Made by a program: the position numbers and the translations under genes
Shown here: positions 26,393 through 39,533 of the stretch, one piece after another
Layout: each line of letters opens with the position of its first letter
How positions within the stretch are numbered: position 1 is the stretch's first letter
NCBI RefSeq assembly: GCF_963921235.1
Contig: NC_086108.1
Location: 103,852,001-103,916,000, forward strand
Length of the DNA stretch: 64,000 nt
Direction of reading: 5' to 3'
Source of the DNA: Mobula hypostoma
Taxonomy: Eukaryota
Notes under the pieces: generated by a model
What the model was told of the DNA's origin: nothing
Seen by the model: only the letters and a program-made list of their open reading frames with translations
Database searches by the model: none

Positions 26393-27635
26393 CTTCCAGA
26401 GAGTGGAGAGGAAGGAGCAATTCCTCTGCCTCATGGCAAGAATTTTGGGCGTACTTGGCCTTTTCAGCCACAGCTTCCAATGGTGCAAGTACCGATTTTT
26501 GGGGCTGGAACTCGGGTCTGTAAAGTCTCAGAATGGGCACGTTTGGTAGGTTCCCAGGTCTGTGAAGCAATTCTGTATATCAGGGGCCCCTACAGCACAG
26601 GATAGTGATATTCAGTGGGTACACTTCTACATAAATACTTTAGAAAACGTACAGCACAATACAGGCCCTTCGGTCCACAAAGCTGTCCCTAACTTAGAAC
26701 TACCTAGGCTTAACCGTAGCCCTCTATTTTTCTGAGCTCCATGTAGCCCATCCAGAAGTCTCTAAAAAGACCCCATCGTTTCCGCCTCCACCACCGCCGC
26801 CGGCAGCCCATTCCACACACTCACCACTCTCTGCGTAGGAAACTTACCCCTGACATCTCCTCTGTACCTCCTTCCAAGTACCTTAAAACTATGCCCTCTC
26901 GTGCTAGCCATTTCAGCCCTGGGAAAAAGCCTCTGACTATCCACACGATCAATGTCTCTCATTATCTTGTACACCTCTATCAGGTCACCTCTCACCCTCC
27001 GTTGCTCCAAGGAGAAAAGGCCGAGTTCACTCAACCTGTTTTCATAAGGCATGCTCCCCAATCCAGGCAACATCCTTGTAAATCTCCTCTGCACCATTTC
27101 TATGGTTTCCACGTCCTTCCTATAGTGAGGCGACCAGAATTGAGCACAGTACTCCAAGTGAGGTCTGACCAGGGTCCTATATAGCTGCAACATTACCTCT
27201 CAGCTCTTAAACGCAATCCCATAGTTGATGAAGGCCAATGCACCGTATGCCTTCTTAACCACACATTCAACCTGCGTAGCAGCTTTAAGTGGCCTGTGGG
27301 CTTGGACCCCAAGATCCCTCTGATCCTCCACGCTGCCAAGAGTCTTACCATTAATGCTATATTCTGCCATCATATTTGACCTACCAAAATGAACCACCTC
27401 TGGGTTGAACTCCATCTGCCACTTCTCAGCCCAGTTTTGCAACCTCTGTATTGTTGTAACCTCTGACAGCCCTCCACACTATCCACAACACCCCCAACCT
27501 TTGTGTCATCAACAAATTTACTAACCCATCCCTCCACTTCCTCATCCAGGTTATTTATAAAAATCACAAAGAGTAGGGGCCCCAGAACAGATCCCTAAGG
27601 CACACCATTGGTCACCAGCCTCCATGCAGAACATG

Positions 27636-29760
27636 AATGGCAAGCATTTAAAGATTGCATGGATGAACTACAACAATTGTTCATCCCAGTTTGGCAAAAG
27701 AATAAATCAAGGAAGGTAGTGCACCCGTGGCTGACAAGAGAAATTAGGGATAGTATCAATTCCAAAGAAGAAGCATACAAATTAGCCAGAAAAAGTGGCT
27801 CACCTGAGGACTGGGAGAAATTCAGAGTTCAGCAGAGGAGGACAAAGGGCTTAATTAGGAAGGGGAAAAAAGATTATGAGAGAAAACTGGCAGGGAACAT
27901 TAAAAACGGACTGTAAAAGCTTTTATAGATATGTAAAAAGGAAAAGACTGGTAAAGACAAATGTAGGTCCCCTACAGACAGAAACAGGTGAATTGATTAT
28001 GGGGAGCAAGGACATGGCAGACCAATTGAATAATTACTTTGGTCCTGTCTTCACTAAGGAGGACATAAATAATCTTCCAGAAATAGTAGGGGACAGAGGG
28101 TCCAGTGAGATGGAGGAACTGAGCGAAATACCTGTTAGTCGGGAAGTGGTGTTAGGTAAATTGAAGGGATTAAAGGCAGATAAATCCCCAGGGCCAGATG
28201 GTCTGCATCCCAGAGTGCTTAAGGAAGTGGCCCAAGAAATAGTGGATGCATTAGTGATAATTTTTCAAAACTCGTTAGATTCTGGACTAGTTCCTGAGGA
28301 TTGGAGGGTGGTTAATGTAACCCCACTTTTTAAAAAAGGAGGGAGAGAGAAACCGGGGAATTATAGACCGGTTAGCCTAACATCGGTGGTGGGGAAACTG
28401 CTGGAGTCAATTATCAAAGATGTGATAACAGCACATTTGGAAAGCGGTGAAATCATCGGACAAAGTTAGCATGGATTTGTGAAAGGAAAATCATGTCTGA
28501 AGAATCTCATAGAATTTTTTGAGGATGTAACTAGTAGAGTGGATAGGGGAGAACCAGTGGATGTGGTATATTTGGATTTTCAAAAGGCTTTTGACAAGGT
28601 CCCACACAGGAGATTAGTGTGCAAACTTAAAGCACACGGTATTGGGGGTAAGGTATTGATGTGGATGGAGAATTGGTTAGCAGACAGGAAGCAAAGAGTG
28701 GGAATAAACGGGACCTTTTCAGAATGGCAGGCAGTGACTAGTGGGGTACCGCAAGGCTCAGTGCTGGGACCCCAGTTGTTTACAATATATATTAATGACT
28801 TGGATGAGGGAATTAAATGCAGCATCTCCAAGTTTGCGGATGACACGAAGCTGGGTGGCAGTGTTAGCTGTGAGGGGGATGCTAAGAGGATGCAGGGTGA
28901 CTTGGATAGGTTGGGTGAGTGGGCAAATTCATGGCAGATGCAATTTAATGTGGATAAATGTGAAGTTATCCACTTTGGCAAAAATAGGAAAACAGATTAT
29001 TATCTGAATGGTGGCCGATTAGGAAAAGGGAAGTTGCAACGAGACCTGGGTGTCATTATACACCAGTCATTGAAAGTGGGCATGCAGGTACAGCAAGCGG
29101 TGAAAAAGGCGAATGGTATGCTGGCATTTATAGCGAGGGGATTCGAGTACAGGAGCAGGGAGGTACTACTGCAGTTGTACAAGGCCTTGGTGAGACCACA
29201 CCTGGAGTATTGTGTGCAGTTTTGGTCCCCTAATCTGAGGAAAGACATCCTTGCCATAGAGGGAGTACAAAGAAGGTTCACCAGATTGATTCCTGGGATG
29301 GCAGGACTTTCATATGAAGAAAGACTGAATGAACTGGGCTTGTACTCGTTGGAATTTAGAAGATTGAGGGGGGATCTGATTGAAACGTATAAAATCCTAA
29401 AGGGATTGGACAGGCTAGATGCAGGAAGATTGTTCCCGATGTTGGGGAAGTCCAGAATGAGGGGTCACAGTTTGAGGATAAAGGGGAAGCCTTTTAGGAC
29501 CGAGATTAGGAAAAACTTCTTCACACAGCGAGTGGTGAATCTGTGGAATTCTCTGCCACAGGAAACTGTTGAGGCCAGTTCATTGGTTATATTTAAGAGG
29601 GAGTTAGATATGGCCCTTGTGGCTACGGGGATCAGGGGGTATGGAGGGAAGGCTGGGGCAGGGTTCTGAGTTGGATGATCAGCTATGATCATAATAAATG
29701 GCGATGCAGGCTTGAAGGGCCGAATGGCCTACTCCTGCACCTATTTTCTATGTTTCTATG
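27636..29760 (+). mobile_element. Young CR1 LINE, 5'-truncated (~2.1 kb)
   Basis: [48 protein letters not shown]; one frameshift near 27900, one TAG at 28467; (TTTCTATG)n tail. Confidence 0.96.
28479..29669 (+). pseudogene. CR1 ORF2 reverse transcriptase segment (396 aa open frame)
   Basis: Complete RT core with FADD motif, but no endonuclease or 5' end. Confidence 0.93.
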
Positions 29761-31589
29761 ATCCGTCTACAACCACTCTTTGCCTTCTGTGGGCAAGCCA
29801 GTTCTGGGTCCACAAAGCAATGTCCCCTTGGATCCCATGCCTCCTTACTTTCTCAATAAGCCTTGCATGGAGTACCTTATCAAATGCCTTGCTAAAATCC
29901 ATATACACTACATTTACGGTTCTACCTTCATCAATGTGTTTAGTCACATCCTCAAAAAAATTCAATTAGGTTCGTAAGACATGTCCTGCCTTTGACAAAA
30001 CCATGCTGACTATTCCTAATCATATTATGCCTCTCCAAATGTTCATAAATCCTGCCTCTCAGGATCTTCTCCGTCAACTTACCAACTTCTGAAGTCAAAC
30101 TCACTGGCCTATAATTTCCTGGGCTATCCCTACTCCCTTTCTTGAATAAGGGAACAACATCCACAATGCTCCAATCCTCTAGAACCCCTCCCGTCCTCAT
30201 TGATGATGCAAAGATCATTGCCAGAGGCTCAGCAATCTATCCCTCACTTCCCACAGTAGCTTGGGGTACATCCTGTCTGGTCCTGGTGACTTATCCAACT
30301 TGAAGCTATCCAAAAACTCCAGCGCATCCCCTTACTTAATATCTACATTCTCAAGCTTTTCAGTCCACTGCAAGTCATCCCTATAATCGCCAGGATCCTT
30401 TTCCATAGTGAATACTGAAGCAAAGTATTTATTAAGTACCTCTGCTATTTCCTCTGATTCCATACACACTTTTTCAACGTCACACTAGATTGGTCCTATT
30501 CTCTCATGTCTTATCCTCTTGCTCTTCACATACTTGTAGAATGCCTTGGGTTTTCCTTAATCCTGTCCACCAAGGCCTTCTCATGGCCCCTTCTGGCTCT
30601 CCTAATTTCATTCTTAAGCTCCTTCCTGCTAGCCTTATGATCTTCTAGATATCTATCATTACCTAGTGTTTTTGAACCTTTTGTAAGCTCTTCTTTTCTT
30701 GACTAGATTTACAATAGCCTTTGTACACCACGAATCTTGTACCCTACCTTCCTTTCCATGTCTCATTGGAATGTACCTACCCAGAACCCTATGCAAATAT
30801 CCCCTGAACATTTGTCACACTTCTTCTTTACGTTTCCCTGAGAATATCTGTTTCCAATTTATACTTCTAAGTTCCTGCCTGATAACCTCGTATTTCGCCT
30901 CACTCCAATTAAACATTTCCCTAACTTGTCTGTTCCTATCCCTCTCCAATGCTATGGTAAAGCAGATAGAATTGTGATCACTATCTCCAAAATGCTCTCC
31001 CACTGCGAGACCTGACACCTGACCAGGTTCATTTCCCAATACCAGATCAAATATAGCCTCTCCTCTTGCAGGCTTATCTACACATTGTGTCAAGAAACCT
31101 TCCTGAACACACCTAACAAACTCCACCCCATCTAAACCCTTCACTCTAGGGACATGCCAATCGATATTTGGGAAGTTAAAATCTCCCACCACGACAACCC
31201 TGTTATTATTACTCCTTTCCAGAATTTGTCCTATTTGTTCCTTGATGTCCCTGTTACTATTGGGTGGGCTATAAAAAGCACGCAGTAGAGTTATTGACCC
31301 CTTCCTATTCCTAACTTCCACTCACAGAAACTCAGTAGACAATCCCTCCATGACTTTCTCCTTTTCTGCAGCTGTGACACTATCTCTGACCAACAGTGCC
31401 ACGCCCCCACCTCTTTTGCCTCCCTCCCTGTCCTTTTTGAAACATCTAAAGCCTGGGACTTGAAGTAACCATTCCTGCCCCTGCACCATCCAAGTTTTAA
31501 ATGGCCTTGCTCCCACTCCGGGATTCTGGTTGATAATGTTAATTACTAATAGTTTACAAAGTACTTTATTCGCAAGGGTGCTTTTAGAG

Positions 31590-31665
31590 CAGGGCTTCCC
31601 AACCTGGGGTCCACAGACCTCTCTGTTCATGGTAGGGGTCCATGGTATAAAGGCTGGGAACCCCG
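31590..31665. mobile_element. 76-bp hAT/Charlie-type MITE
   Basis: TIRs cagggcttcccaacct / aggctgggaaccccg; 8-bp TSD ttttagag / ctttagag. Confidence 0.75.
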
Positions 31666-32039
31666 CTTTAGAGACAAACAGCAGTTTTCTTGTTGCTTCT
31701 TTCTAAATAACTTTTTTTTTACTCCCCTGAGTATTTCCTCCCCAAACCCAAACAGTAGTTAGCCACAGGAAATTGTCCTTTTTAAAAAAAAAAAAAATTG
31801 GAATCGTGTTTAATACCTCTGACACATGTGAAATGTGTTGCTCTGCAGCAGTGCAATAGTAGAGAAACTACAAATTACAGAGTGAACTCGTGCTGGTCTT
31901 CATCAGTCAGGGCATTCAACGTTGAACATAGACCATTACAGCACAGTACAGGCCCTTTGGCCCACAATGATCAATCTAACCCTTTCCCTCCAACATATCT
32001 ATACACCCTTCTGTCATTCATGTAATATTTGACACCTGA

Positions 32040-33360
32040 CTAACCAAGAAACTATCAACCTGGGCTTTAAATACTCAGTGACTTGGCCTCTACAACCATC
32101 TGCGGCAACGGATTTCACAGATTCACCATCCTCTGGCTAAAGAAATTCCTCCTTCTCTCTGTTCTATGTGGACATCCCTCTATTCTGAGGCTGTGCCCTC
32201 TGGTCCTAGACTCAGCCGCTGTAGAAAACATCCTCTCCATTTCCACTCTGTCTAGGCTTTTCAATATTCGATCGGTTTCAATGAGATTTCCCCCCCCCTC
32301 CCCACATTCTATTAAACTCCAATGAGTACAGGCCCAGAGCTGTCAAACGCTCTTCATACATTAACCCTTTCATTCCCAGAATCATTCTCATGTACCACTT
32401 CTGGAGCCTCTTCAATACCAGCACATCTTTTCTTGGATAAGGAGCCCAAAACTGCTCACAATACACCAATTGCGGTCTGATCAATGACTTATAAAGCCTC
32501 AGCATTACATCCTTACTCTCATGTTCCTGACCTTTCGAAATGAATGCTAACATTGCATTTGCGTTCCTTTTTGCTGGCTCAACCTGCAAGCTAACCTTTA
32601 GGAAATCCTGCACAATGACTCCCAAGTCCCTTCGCACCTTTGATTTTTGAATTTTCTCCCTGTTTAGAAAACAATCTACACCTTTATTCCTTCTGCCAAA
32701 GTGGATGACCATACACTTCCTTACACTATATTCCATCCGGCACTTCTTTGCCCATTTTCCCAATCTAAGTCCTTCTGCAGACTCCCTTGCTTTTCTTTTG
32801 TAGGTATTTTATAGGTGGAGGGGAGCCCCCTCCCCATCTGTGTATTGTCTGCAAAGATGGCCGCAAAGCCATCAATTCCTTCATTCAAATTATTGACACA
32901 TAACGTGAAAAGCAGCAGTCCCAATACCAACCCTTGCAGAACACCACTTGTCACTGGGAGTCAACCAGAATAGGCCTCTTTTAGAAACATAGAAAACCTA
33001 CAACACAATACAGGCCCTTCAGCCCACAAAGCTGTGCTGAACATGCCCCTACCTTAGAACTATCTCGGCTTTACCCAAAGCCCTCTATTTTTCTAAGCTC
33101 CGTGTAGCCATCCAGGAGTCTCTTAAAAGACCCTATCGTATCCGCCTCCACCACTGCCGCCGGCAGCCCATTCCATGTACTCACCACTGTCTGCGTAAAA
33201 CAAAACTTACCCCTGACATCTCCTCGGTACCAACTTTCAAGCACCTTAAAACTATGCCCTCTTGCACTAGCCATTTCAGCCCTGGGGAAAAAGCCTCTGA
33301 CTATCCACACAATCAATGCCTCTCATTATCTTAAACACCTCTATCAGGTCACCTCTCAAC
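32040..33360 (-). mobile_element. Two CR1 fragments
   Basis: SGVLQGLVLG, IFADNT, LIRPQLVYCEQFWAP; a second 3' end begins at ~32985. Confidence 0.85.
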
Positions 33361-33429
33361 CCTGTAGGTTTAGTGTCCTCTGTTTGGGGACACCCCTCAT
33401 CTACATCGGGCGTATCTTGCCCTAGGTAC

Positions 33430-34120
33430 TGAGACTGTCACCCCAGATTCCAGAATCTCCCAGCAGAGTGAAATACCATCCCCGAATCTGCTCCCTCTGG
33501 CTCTGTTGGCACTTTGTTTCAGTGAGATCTCCTCACTAATCAAAAAGGCACAGCCGCATTGACTCTCTCCGTGGAATTGAGGCAAGTTTGGCTCCCTGGT
33601 CCCATTCCAGCAACTTTCTACAGGAGCACCATTGAGTGTCCTGTCGGGCTGCGTCATTGCGTGGTGCAGAGACTGGGGAGCATTGCACCACAACACCGAT
33701 TAGAGGATAGTTAAAAACCACCGAGAGGATTATCGGGGTCTCCCTTTCCCCTGTTTGTGACATTCACTGGGAGCATTACAGATGAAGGGCCCAAAGCATT
33801 GTTGAGGATCCCTGCCACCTTTACCACAATCTCTTTGACCCACTGGCATCAGGAAGGAGGTACAGGAGCATCAGGACTAGAACTGTCAAACTGGGTAACA
33901 GCTTCTTCCCTCAGTCTGTGAGGCTAATACATACCATGCCACCACTGAGGTCTCATCACCAGGATATTGAGGTGTTTACTGTTTTGAATTATATTTTAGT
34001 ACTTAATTACAGTATAATATTCTGGTTTGTGTTGTGTGTGATGCACTGTGGGCAAACTGTGGTCTGGAGGAACATTATTTTGTTGGGTACAGTCAGAAGA
34101 TAATGAACTTGAACTTGAAC
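33430..34120 (+). mobile_element. Rex1/Babar 3' fragment, degenerate
   Basis: catcaggaaggaggtacaggagc (SGRRYRS) and (TTGAAC)n tail. Confidence 0.75.
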
Positions 34121-34492
34121 CCATTCTTCTAAACTCCAGAGAGCCGAAGAAGAGCAAGTTTTCTGTCCACTTTCAGGACTTTATCTACTGGAGTCTAGAA
34201 GAATGAGGGGAGATTGGATAGAGATAGGCTAAATGGAAGCAGCTTTGGTCATGGGTTAAGGGGGAAAGGGTGAAATATTTAAGAGGACCACGAAGGGGAA
34301 CTTCTTTACTCAAGGAATAGTGAGTGTGTGAAGTGAGCTGCCAGTGAAGGTGGTGAATGAAGATTGGTTTTCAACATTGAAGAGAAAATTGGATAAGTAC
34401 ATGGGTGGAAGACTATAGTCCAGGTGTGGGTTGATGGAACAAGGCAGAGTAATTATCTGGCATGGACTAGATGGGCTGAAGGGCCTATTTCT

Positions 34493-35320
34493 TTTTCGAT
34501 CTTTTTATTAATTTCAACATCATACACATTACAAAAAATAAGTACAGAGCGATTGGGATTGCATTAATTAATAATTATGTTATAAAAGTATACAATCAAG
34601 TAACACATGGTTAGTAAACCTCCAAAAAACTCACAAATTAGCAATAGAACATATAAAAAGTATACATAAAATACAAAAATATAAAAAAAAAGAAAAAGAA
34701 AAAAAAATATCCCATTAGAAAAAAAAATGAATCTACCCAAACTAAAAGAAAACTAAGGAAAAGAAAAAAAAAGAAAGGGCTATTATGATACCTCAGATAG
34801 AAGCAGTAGTGTCGCCACTTCCGCTCCTCTCCCCATATATTGAAATCACAAAATAGATTTGGAAAGGGTCAAATTACATCATGTGGAAATATTGAATAAA
34901 TGGTCTCCAAGTCTCATCAAATTTAATAGATGGGTCATAAATGACACTTTTAATTTTTTTCTAGATTTAAACAAGACATAGTTTGAGAAAACCAGTGAAA
35001 TGTAGTAGGAGGATTAATCTCTTTCCAATTCAATAGTATAGATCTTCTAGCCATTAGAGTAACAAAAGCTATCACCTGACAAGCTGAAGAGGGCAAATGA
35101 TGTTTTTCTATCATTGGTAAACCAAAGATGGCAGTAATAGGATGAGGTTGTAAATCAATATTCAAGACAGTTGAAATAATATCAAAAATATCGTCCCAAT
35201 ATTTCTTCAATAAAGGGCAAGACCAAAACATACGAGTTAATGAGGCTATCTCAGAATGACTTCTATCACATACAGGGTTTATGAGAGTAATAACGAATTA
35301 ATTTATCCTTAGACATATGA
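34493..35320 (-). mobile_element. L1-clade LINE 3' fragment inserted in a CR1 3' end
   Basis: Zinc-knuckle-region translation (..CDR.HSEIASLTRMFWSCPLLKKYW..ARRSILLNWK), A-rich tail, 18-bp TSD gctgaagggcctatttct at 34475-34492 / 35321-35338. Confidence 0.9.
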
Positions 35321-35471
35321 GCTGAAGGGCCTATTTCTGTGCTGTGGTGTTCTGTGTGGTGGCACTATAGCGTAGAGGTTAGAGTAACACTGTAACAGTA
35401 CCAGCCACTCAAGTTCAACTCTGCCACCATCTCCTCCCACATTCCAAAGACGTATGCGTTACTCAGTTAAC

Positions 35472-37520
35472 TCACACAAAATGCCAGAAGAACTCAGCAG
35501 GTCAGGCAGCATCTTTGGTAATGAACAAACAGTCAATGTTTCAAACAGAGATCCCTCAGAGAGACCTTTTCAGAATGGCAGGCAGTGACTAGTGGGGTAC
35601 CACAAGGCTCAGTGCTGGGACCCCAGTTGTTTACGATATATATTAATGACTTAGATGAGGGAATTAAATGCAGCATCTCCAAGTTTGTGGATGACATAAA
35701 ACTGGGCGGTAGTGTTAGCTGTGAGGAGGATGCAGGGTGACTTGGATAGGTTAGGTGAGTGGGCAAATTCATGGCAGATGCAATTTAATGTGGATAAATG
35801 TGAGGTTATCCACTTTGCTGGCAATAACAGGAAAACAGATTATTATCTGAATGGTGGCCGATTAGGAAAAGGGGAGGTGCAACGAGACCTGGGTGTCATT
35901 ATACACCAGTCATTGAAAGTGGGCATGCAGGTACAGCAGGCGGTGAAAAAGGCGAATGGTATGCTGGCATTTATAGCAAGAGGATTCGAGAACAGGAGCA
36001 GGGAGGTACTACTGCAGTTGTACAAGGTCTTGGTGAGACCACACCTGGTGTATTGTGTGCAGTTTTGGTCCCCTAATCTGAGGAAAGACGTCCTTGCCAT
36101 AGAGGGAGTACAAAGGAAGTTCACCAGATTGATTCCTGGGATGGCAGGACTTTCATATGATGAAAGACTGGATGAACTAGGCTTATACTCGTTGGAATTT
36201 AGAAGATTGAGGGGGGATCTGATTGAAACATATAAAATCCTAAAGGGATTGGACAGGCTAGTTGCAGGAAGATTGTTCCCGATGTTGGGGAAGTCCAGAA
36301 CAAGGGGTCACAGTTTGAGGATAAAGGGGAAGCCTTTTAGGACCGAGATTAGGAAAAACTTCTTCACACAGAGAGTGGTGAATCTGTGGAATTCTCTGCC
36401 ACAGGAAACAGTTGAGGCCAGTTCATTGGCTATATTTAAGAGGGAGTTAGATATGGCCCTTGTGGCTAAAGGGATCGGTGGTATGGGGGGAAGGCTGGTA
36501 CAGGGTTCTGAGTTGGATGATCAGCCATGATCATACTGAATGGCGGTGCAGGCTTGAAGGGCCGAATGGCCTACTCCTGCACCTATTTTCTATGTTTCTA
36601 TGTTTCTCATCAGGACTGGAAAGGAAGGGGGAAGATGCCAGAAAAGGAAGATGGGGGGAAGGGGGGGGGAAGGAGGACAAGCTACAAGGTCATAGGTGAA
36701 ACCAGGTGGGTGGGGAAGAGGGGGAGGATGAAGTAAGAACTGGGAGGTGATAGGTAGAGAAGGCAAATGGCTGGAGGAGAAGAAATCTGGTAAGAGAGGT
36801 GAGTGGACCGTGGGAGAAAGGAAAGGAGGAGAGGCACTGGGAGGTGATAGGCAGGTGAGGAGAAGAGGCAAGAACCCAGAGTGGAGAATAGAAGAAGAGA
36901 GAATGGGAGGGGATAAATTACCAGAAGCTGGAGAAATGGATGTTCATGCCATCAGGTTGGAGGCTACCCAGATGGAATATGAAGTGTTGCTCCTCCACCC
37001 TGAGAATGACTTCATCGTGGCCAAAGCGAAGGCTATGGGCCGACAGGTTGGAAAGGGAATGGGGAAAAGAATAAAATTTGTTAGTCATAAAGAAATTACA
37101 CTTTTGGCAGATAGAGCAGAGGCGCTTGACAAAGCAGTCTCCCAGTCTTCATTGGGTCTCCCCAGTGTAGAGGAAGCCGCATCGGGAGTACTGGATAGAG
37201 TAGAAGAACCCAGCAGATCCACAGGTGAAGCATTGCCTCACCTGGAAGGACTGTTTGTGGCTCGGAATGGAAGTGAGGGAAGATGTGAATAGGCAAGCAT
37301 CGCATTCTGCTGCTTGCAGGGATAAGTGCCAAGAGGGAGATTAGTAAGAAGGGATGAATGGACAAGGGAACTACGGATGAAGTGATACCTATGGAAAGTG
37401 GAGAGTGTGGGGGGAGGGGATGTAATGATATGTTTGGTGGTCGGATCCTGCTGAAGATGGTGGAAGTCGCAGAGAATAATGTTTTGGATCTCAAGCATCT
37501 GCAGAATCTCTTGTGTTTTT
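35472..37520 (-). mobile_element. Penelope-like element with GIY-YIG remnant, interrupted by CR1 at ~35561-36606
   Basis: Minus strand encodes FTCGSAGFFYSIQYSRCGFLYTGET...RVEEQHFIFHLGSLQPDGMNI; purine-rich UTR on +. Confidence 0.85.
35561..36606 (+). mobile_element. Young CR1 3' fragment (~1 kb)
   Basis: Near-identical to 28710-29760; ORF 35712-36530; (TTTCTATG)n tail. Confidence 0.95.
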
Positions 37521-38371
37521 GGGTTCATTGGGTAATTGGTCACATGGGGGGTAATTGGGTGGCGTAGAGCCTGTTACTGTGCTGGATCTATAAATAAAAT
37601 AAATAAATAGAACGCTGTGGAAATAATACTGAGGCATTTATGACTGTCCAGTAAAGCAAACCTCACTGCATCCAACCGAGAACAGTGAAACTGAATGAGG
37701 TATCAGTCATTTCCAAGATTGAAGATGTTTATTGTCATACACTTGTAAAGCAGAATAAAATGATTGTTACTCTGGATCTGATGCAGCATAAAAAAAACAC
37801 TAAGCATGAAGAACATAATTTAAAAAATACAATAAATATAAATATAAAAGCAAACCTATAAAACACAATGTACAAGTAACTGTTATATATGTAGACTGAT
37901 TGTATGTACCTAAAGTGACGCGAGGTGATGTGTATGTAGTGGGGGTGAGGTGGGTTAATGGGTGGAGGCGTTGATCAGCCTGATGGCTTGGGGAAAGTAA
38001 CAGTTTTTGAGAATAAATCTACCTGAAGATCTAGTGCAGTATTTTCCAGCAACACTCGTTTTGGGACCTGGTATTAAATAAAGGCTTGTGCTAATATGTA
38101 GGTCAGTGCATAATATTAGACACCTTTGTTCATCTACTTTGCTCATCTAATTAGTAGAAATTAGCTAAGGATGTGGATAAGGATTCAGCTCTACTTGTGT
38201 CAGTCTAAAATTAATACTGCAGTGAAAAAATGAGTGAGAAGATTTATAGCAAAAGCCTGTAATCCAAAGGATGTGAAATCAAGTTGTAACTTGATAATAT
38301 TAGTAGGTGCTTGTATAATCCATTAATAAACCTTAACACTTCTAAGTCAGCTGGTCATAGTTTTGATGGAG

Positions 38372-38646
38372 TGGCATGGTAGTGTAATGGTTAGCACATC
38401 GGTTTACAGTACAGGCAACCCAGGTTCAATTCCCACCACTGCCTATAAGGAGTTTGTACGTTCTCCCTGTGACTCTGTGTATTTCCTCAGGGTGCTGCAG
38501 TTTCCGCCCAGAATCCAAACGTGTGCCGGTTGGTAGGTTAATTGGTTGCGATAAATAGTTTCATGATTTGGTTAGGATTAAATCGGGTTGCTGGGCAGCA
38601 CCGTTTGAAGGACTGGAAGGGCCTATTCTGCACTATATCTCAATCA
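38372..38646 (+). mobile_element. V-SINE (HE1-like), full length
   Basis: Same head, V-domain and tail as 626-922. Confidence 0.88.
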
Positions 38647-38649
38647 ATA

Positions 38650-38968
38650 CAAGGGATGATTGACAAGTTCGTGGCCTAATGTAGAAGGAGATGAGTTATT
38701 AACTTCAAACTTTCTGCATAATCACTCGGAGTTGACCTGCGTGTGCATTTAACAAGAGCTGTATAACCCATCTCCTTCTACCTTAGGCCACGAACTTATC
38801 AATCACCCCTGCTGTGGACACTTTCTGGAGGTCCAAGATCCGTATGCTCCATGACCACTGGACTATGTGTGTAAATGTAAGAGGGGACTATGTTAAAAAA
38901 TAAATGTGCTAGGTTTTCTAAAATTGACTCCTTCTACCTTGGGCCACGAACTTATCAAACACCCCTTG
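38650..38968 (+). mobile_element. Mariner-derived non-autonomous element with three TIR copies
   Basis: TA flanks; ~42-bp TIR at left, inverted copies at ~38773-38810 and ~38927-38968; transposase C-terminus LHDHWTMCVNVRGDYVKK* at 38847-38903. Confidence 0.9.
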
Positions 38969-39495
38969 TAAATATGTCTGATACTGTTGTGCTCCTAATT
39001 TCCACTAATATTACAGTGTAGTATTGCAATAGCGCCTTTCAACATTAAACTGAGTCCTGGCTAACTTTTTCAAAAAAATTAGCTATTGAGACACAACACG
39101 GAATGGGTCCTTGTGGCCTTCCGAGCCACACTGTCCAGCAACTCCTTAATTAATCCCAGCCTATCACGGGACAGTTTACAATGGCCAATTCAGCTACAAC
39201 TGGTAGGTTATTGGACAGTAGGAGGAAACCAGAACACCTGGAGAAAATCCACACATCAACTCTTCTGGTAGATGTGAAAGATTCTATGCCATTAATGGAT
39301 GAATAGGGGATCTCCTCCAGTAATATGGCCAACATTCCAGATTTTGCTTGCTATTTATAGAGTCCTAGAGCAACACACTGGGGGAATGTGGAAAAGACTG
39401 TAAACACAAAATAATCTGCAGATGCTGGGGGCAAAGCAACAGTCACAACACGCTGGAGGAACTCAGTAGGTCGGGCAGCATCCGTGGAAAAAGAT

Positions 39496-39533
39496 CAGTC
39501 GACGTTTCAGGCCGGAACCCTTCGTCAGGACTG
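39496..39533 (-). ncRNA. Minimal type-I hammerhead ribozyme motif (Penelope)
   Basis: CAGUC-CUGACGA-AGGGUUCCGGCCU-GAAAC-GUC-GACUG: intact core, 5-bp helix I, palindromic ACGU helix III. Confidence 0.8.

Larger units (their letters stand above)
26645..31500 (-). mobile_element. CR1 LINE ORF2 (endonuclease + RT) pseudo-copy, split by the insertion at 27636-29760
   Basis: Minus-strand ORFs give VVGDFNFPNIDW, GDSDHNSI, PGNYRPVSLTS, YMDFSKAFDKV, SKFVDDTKVGG, LVRPHLEYC, colinear across the insertion. Confidence 0.92.

Noticed and set aside
28479..29669. Novel RT-based system or functional host RT gene
   Set aside because: Ordinary 5'-truncated CR1 ORF2, multi-copy, with an upstream stop and frameshift
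36747..37292. 181-aa ORF (and similar ORFs at 46086-46661, 47012-47548, 40418-40903)
   Set aside because: Antisense or low-complexity readings of Penelope sequence
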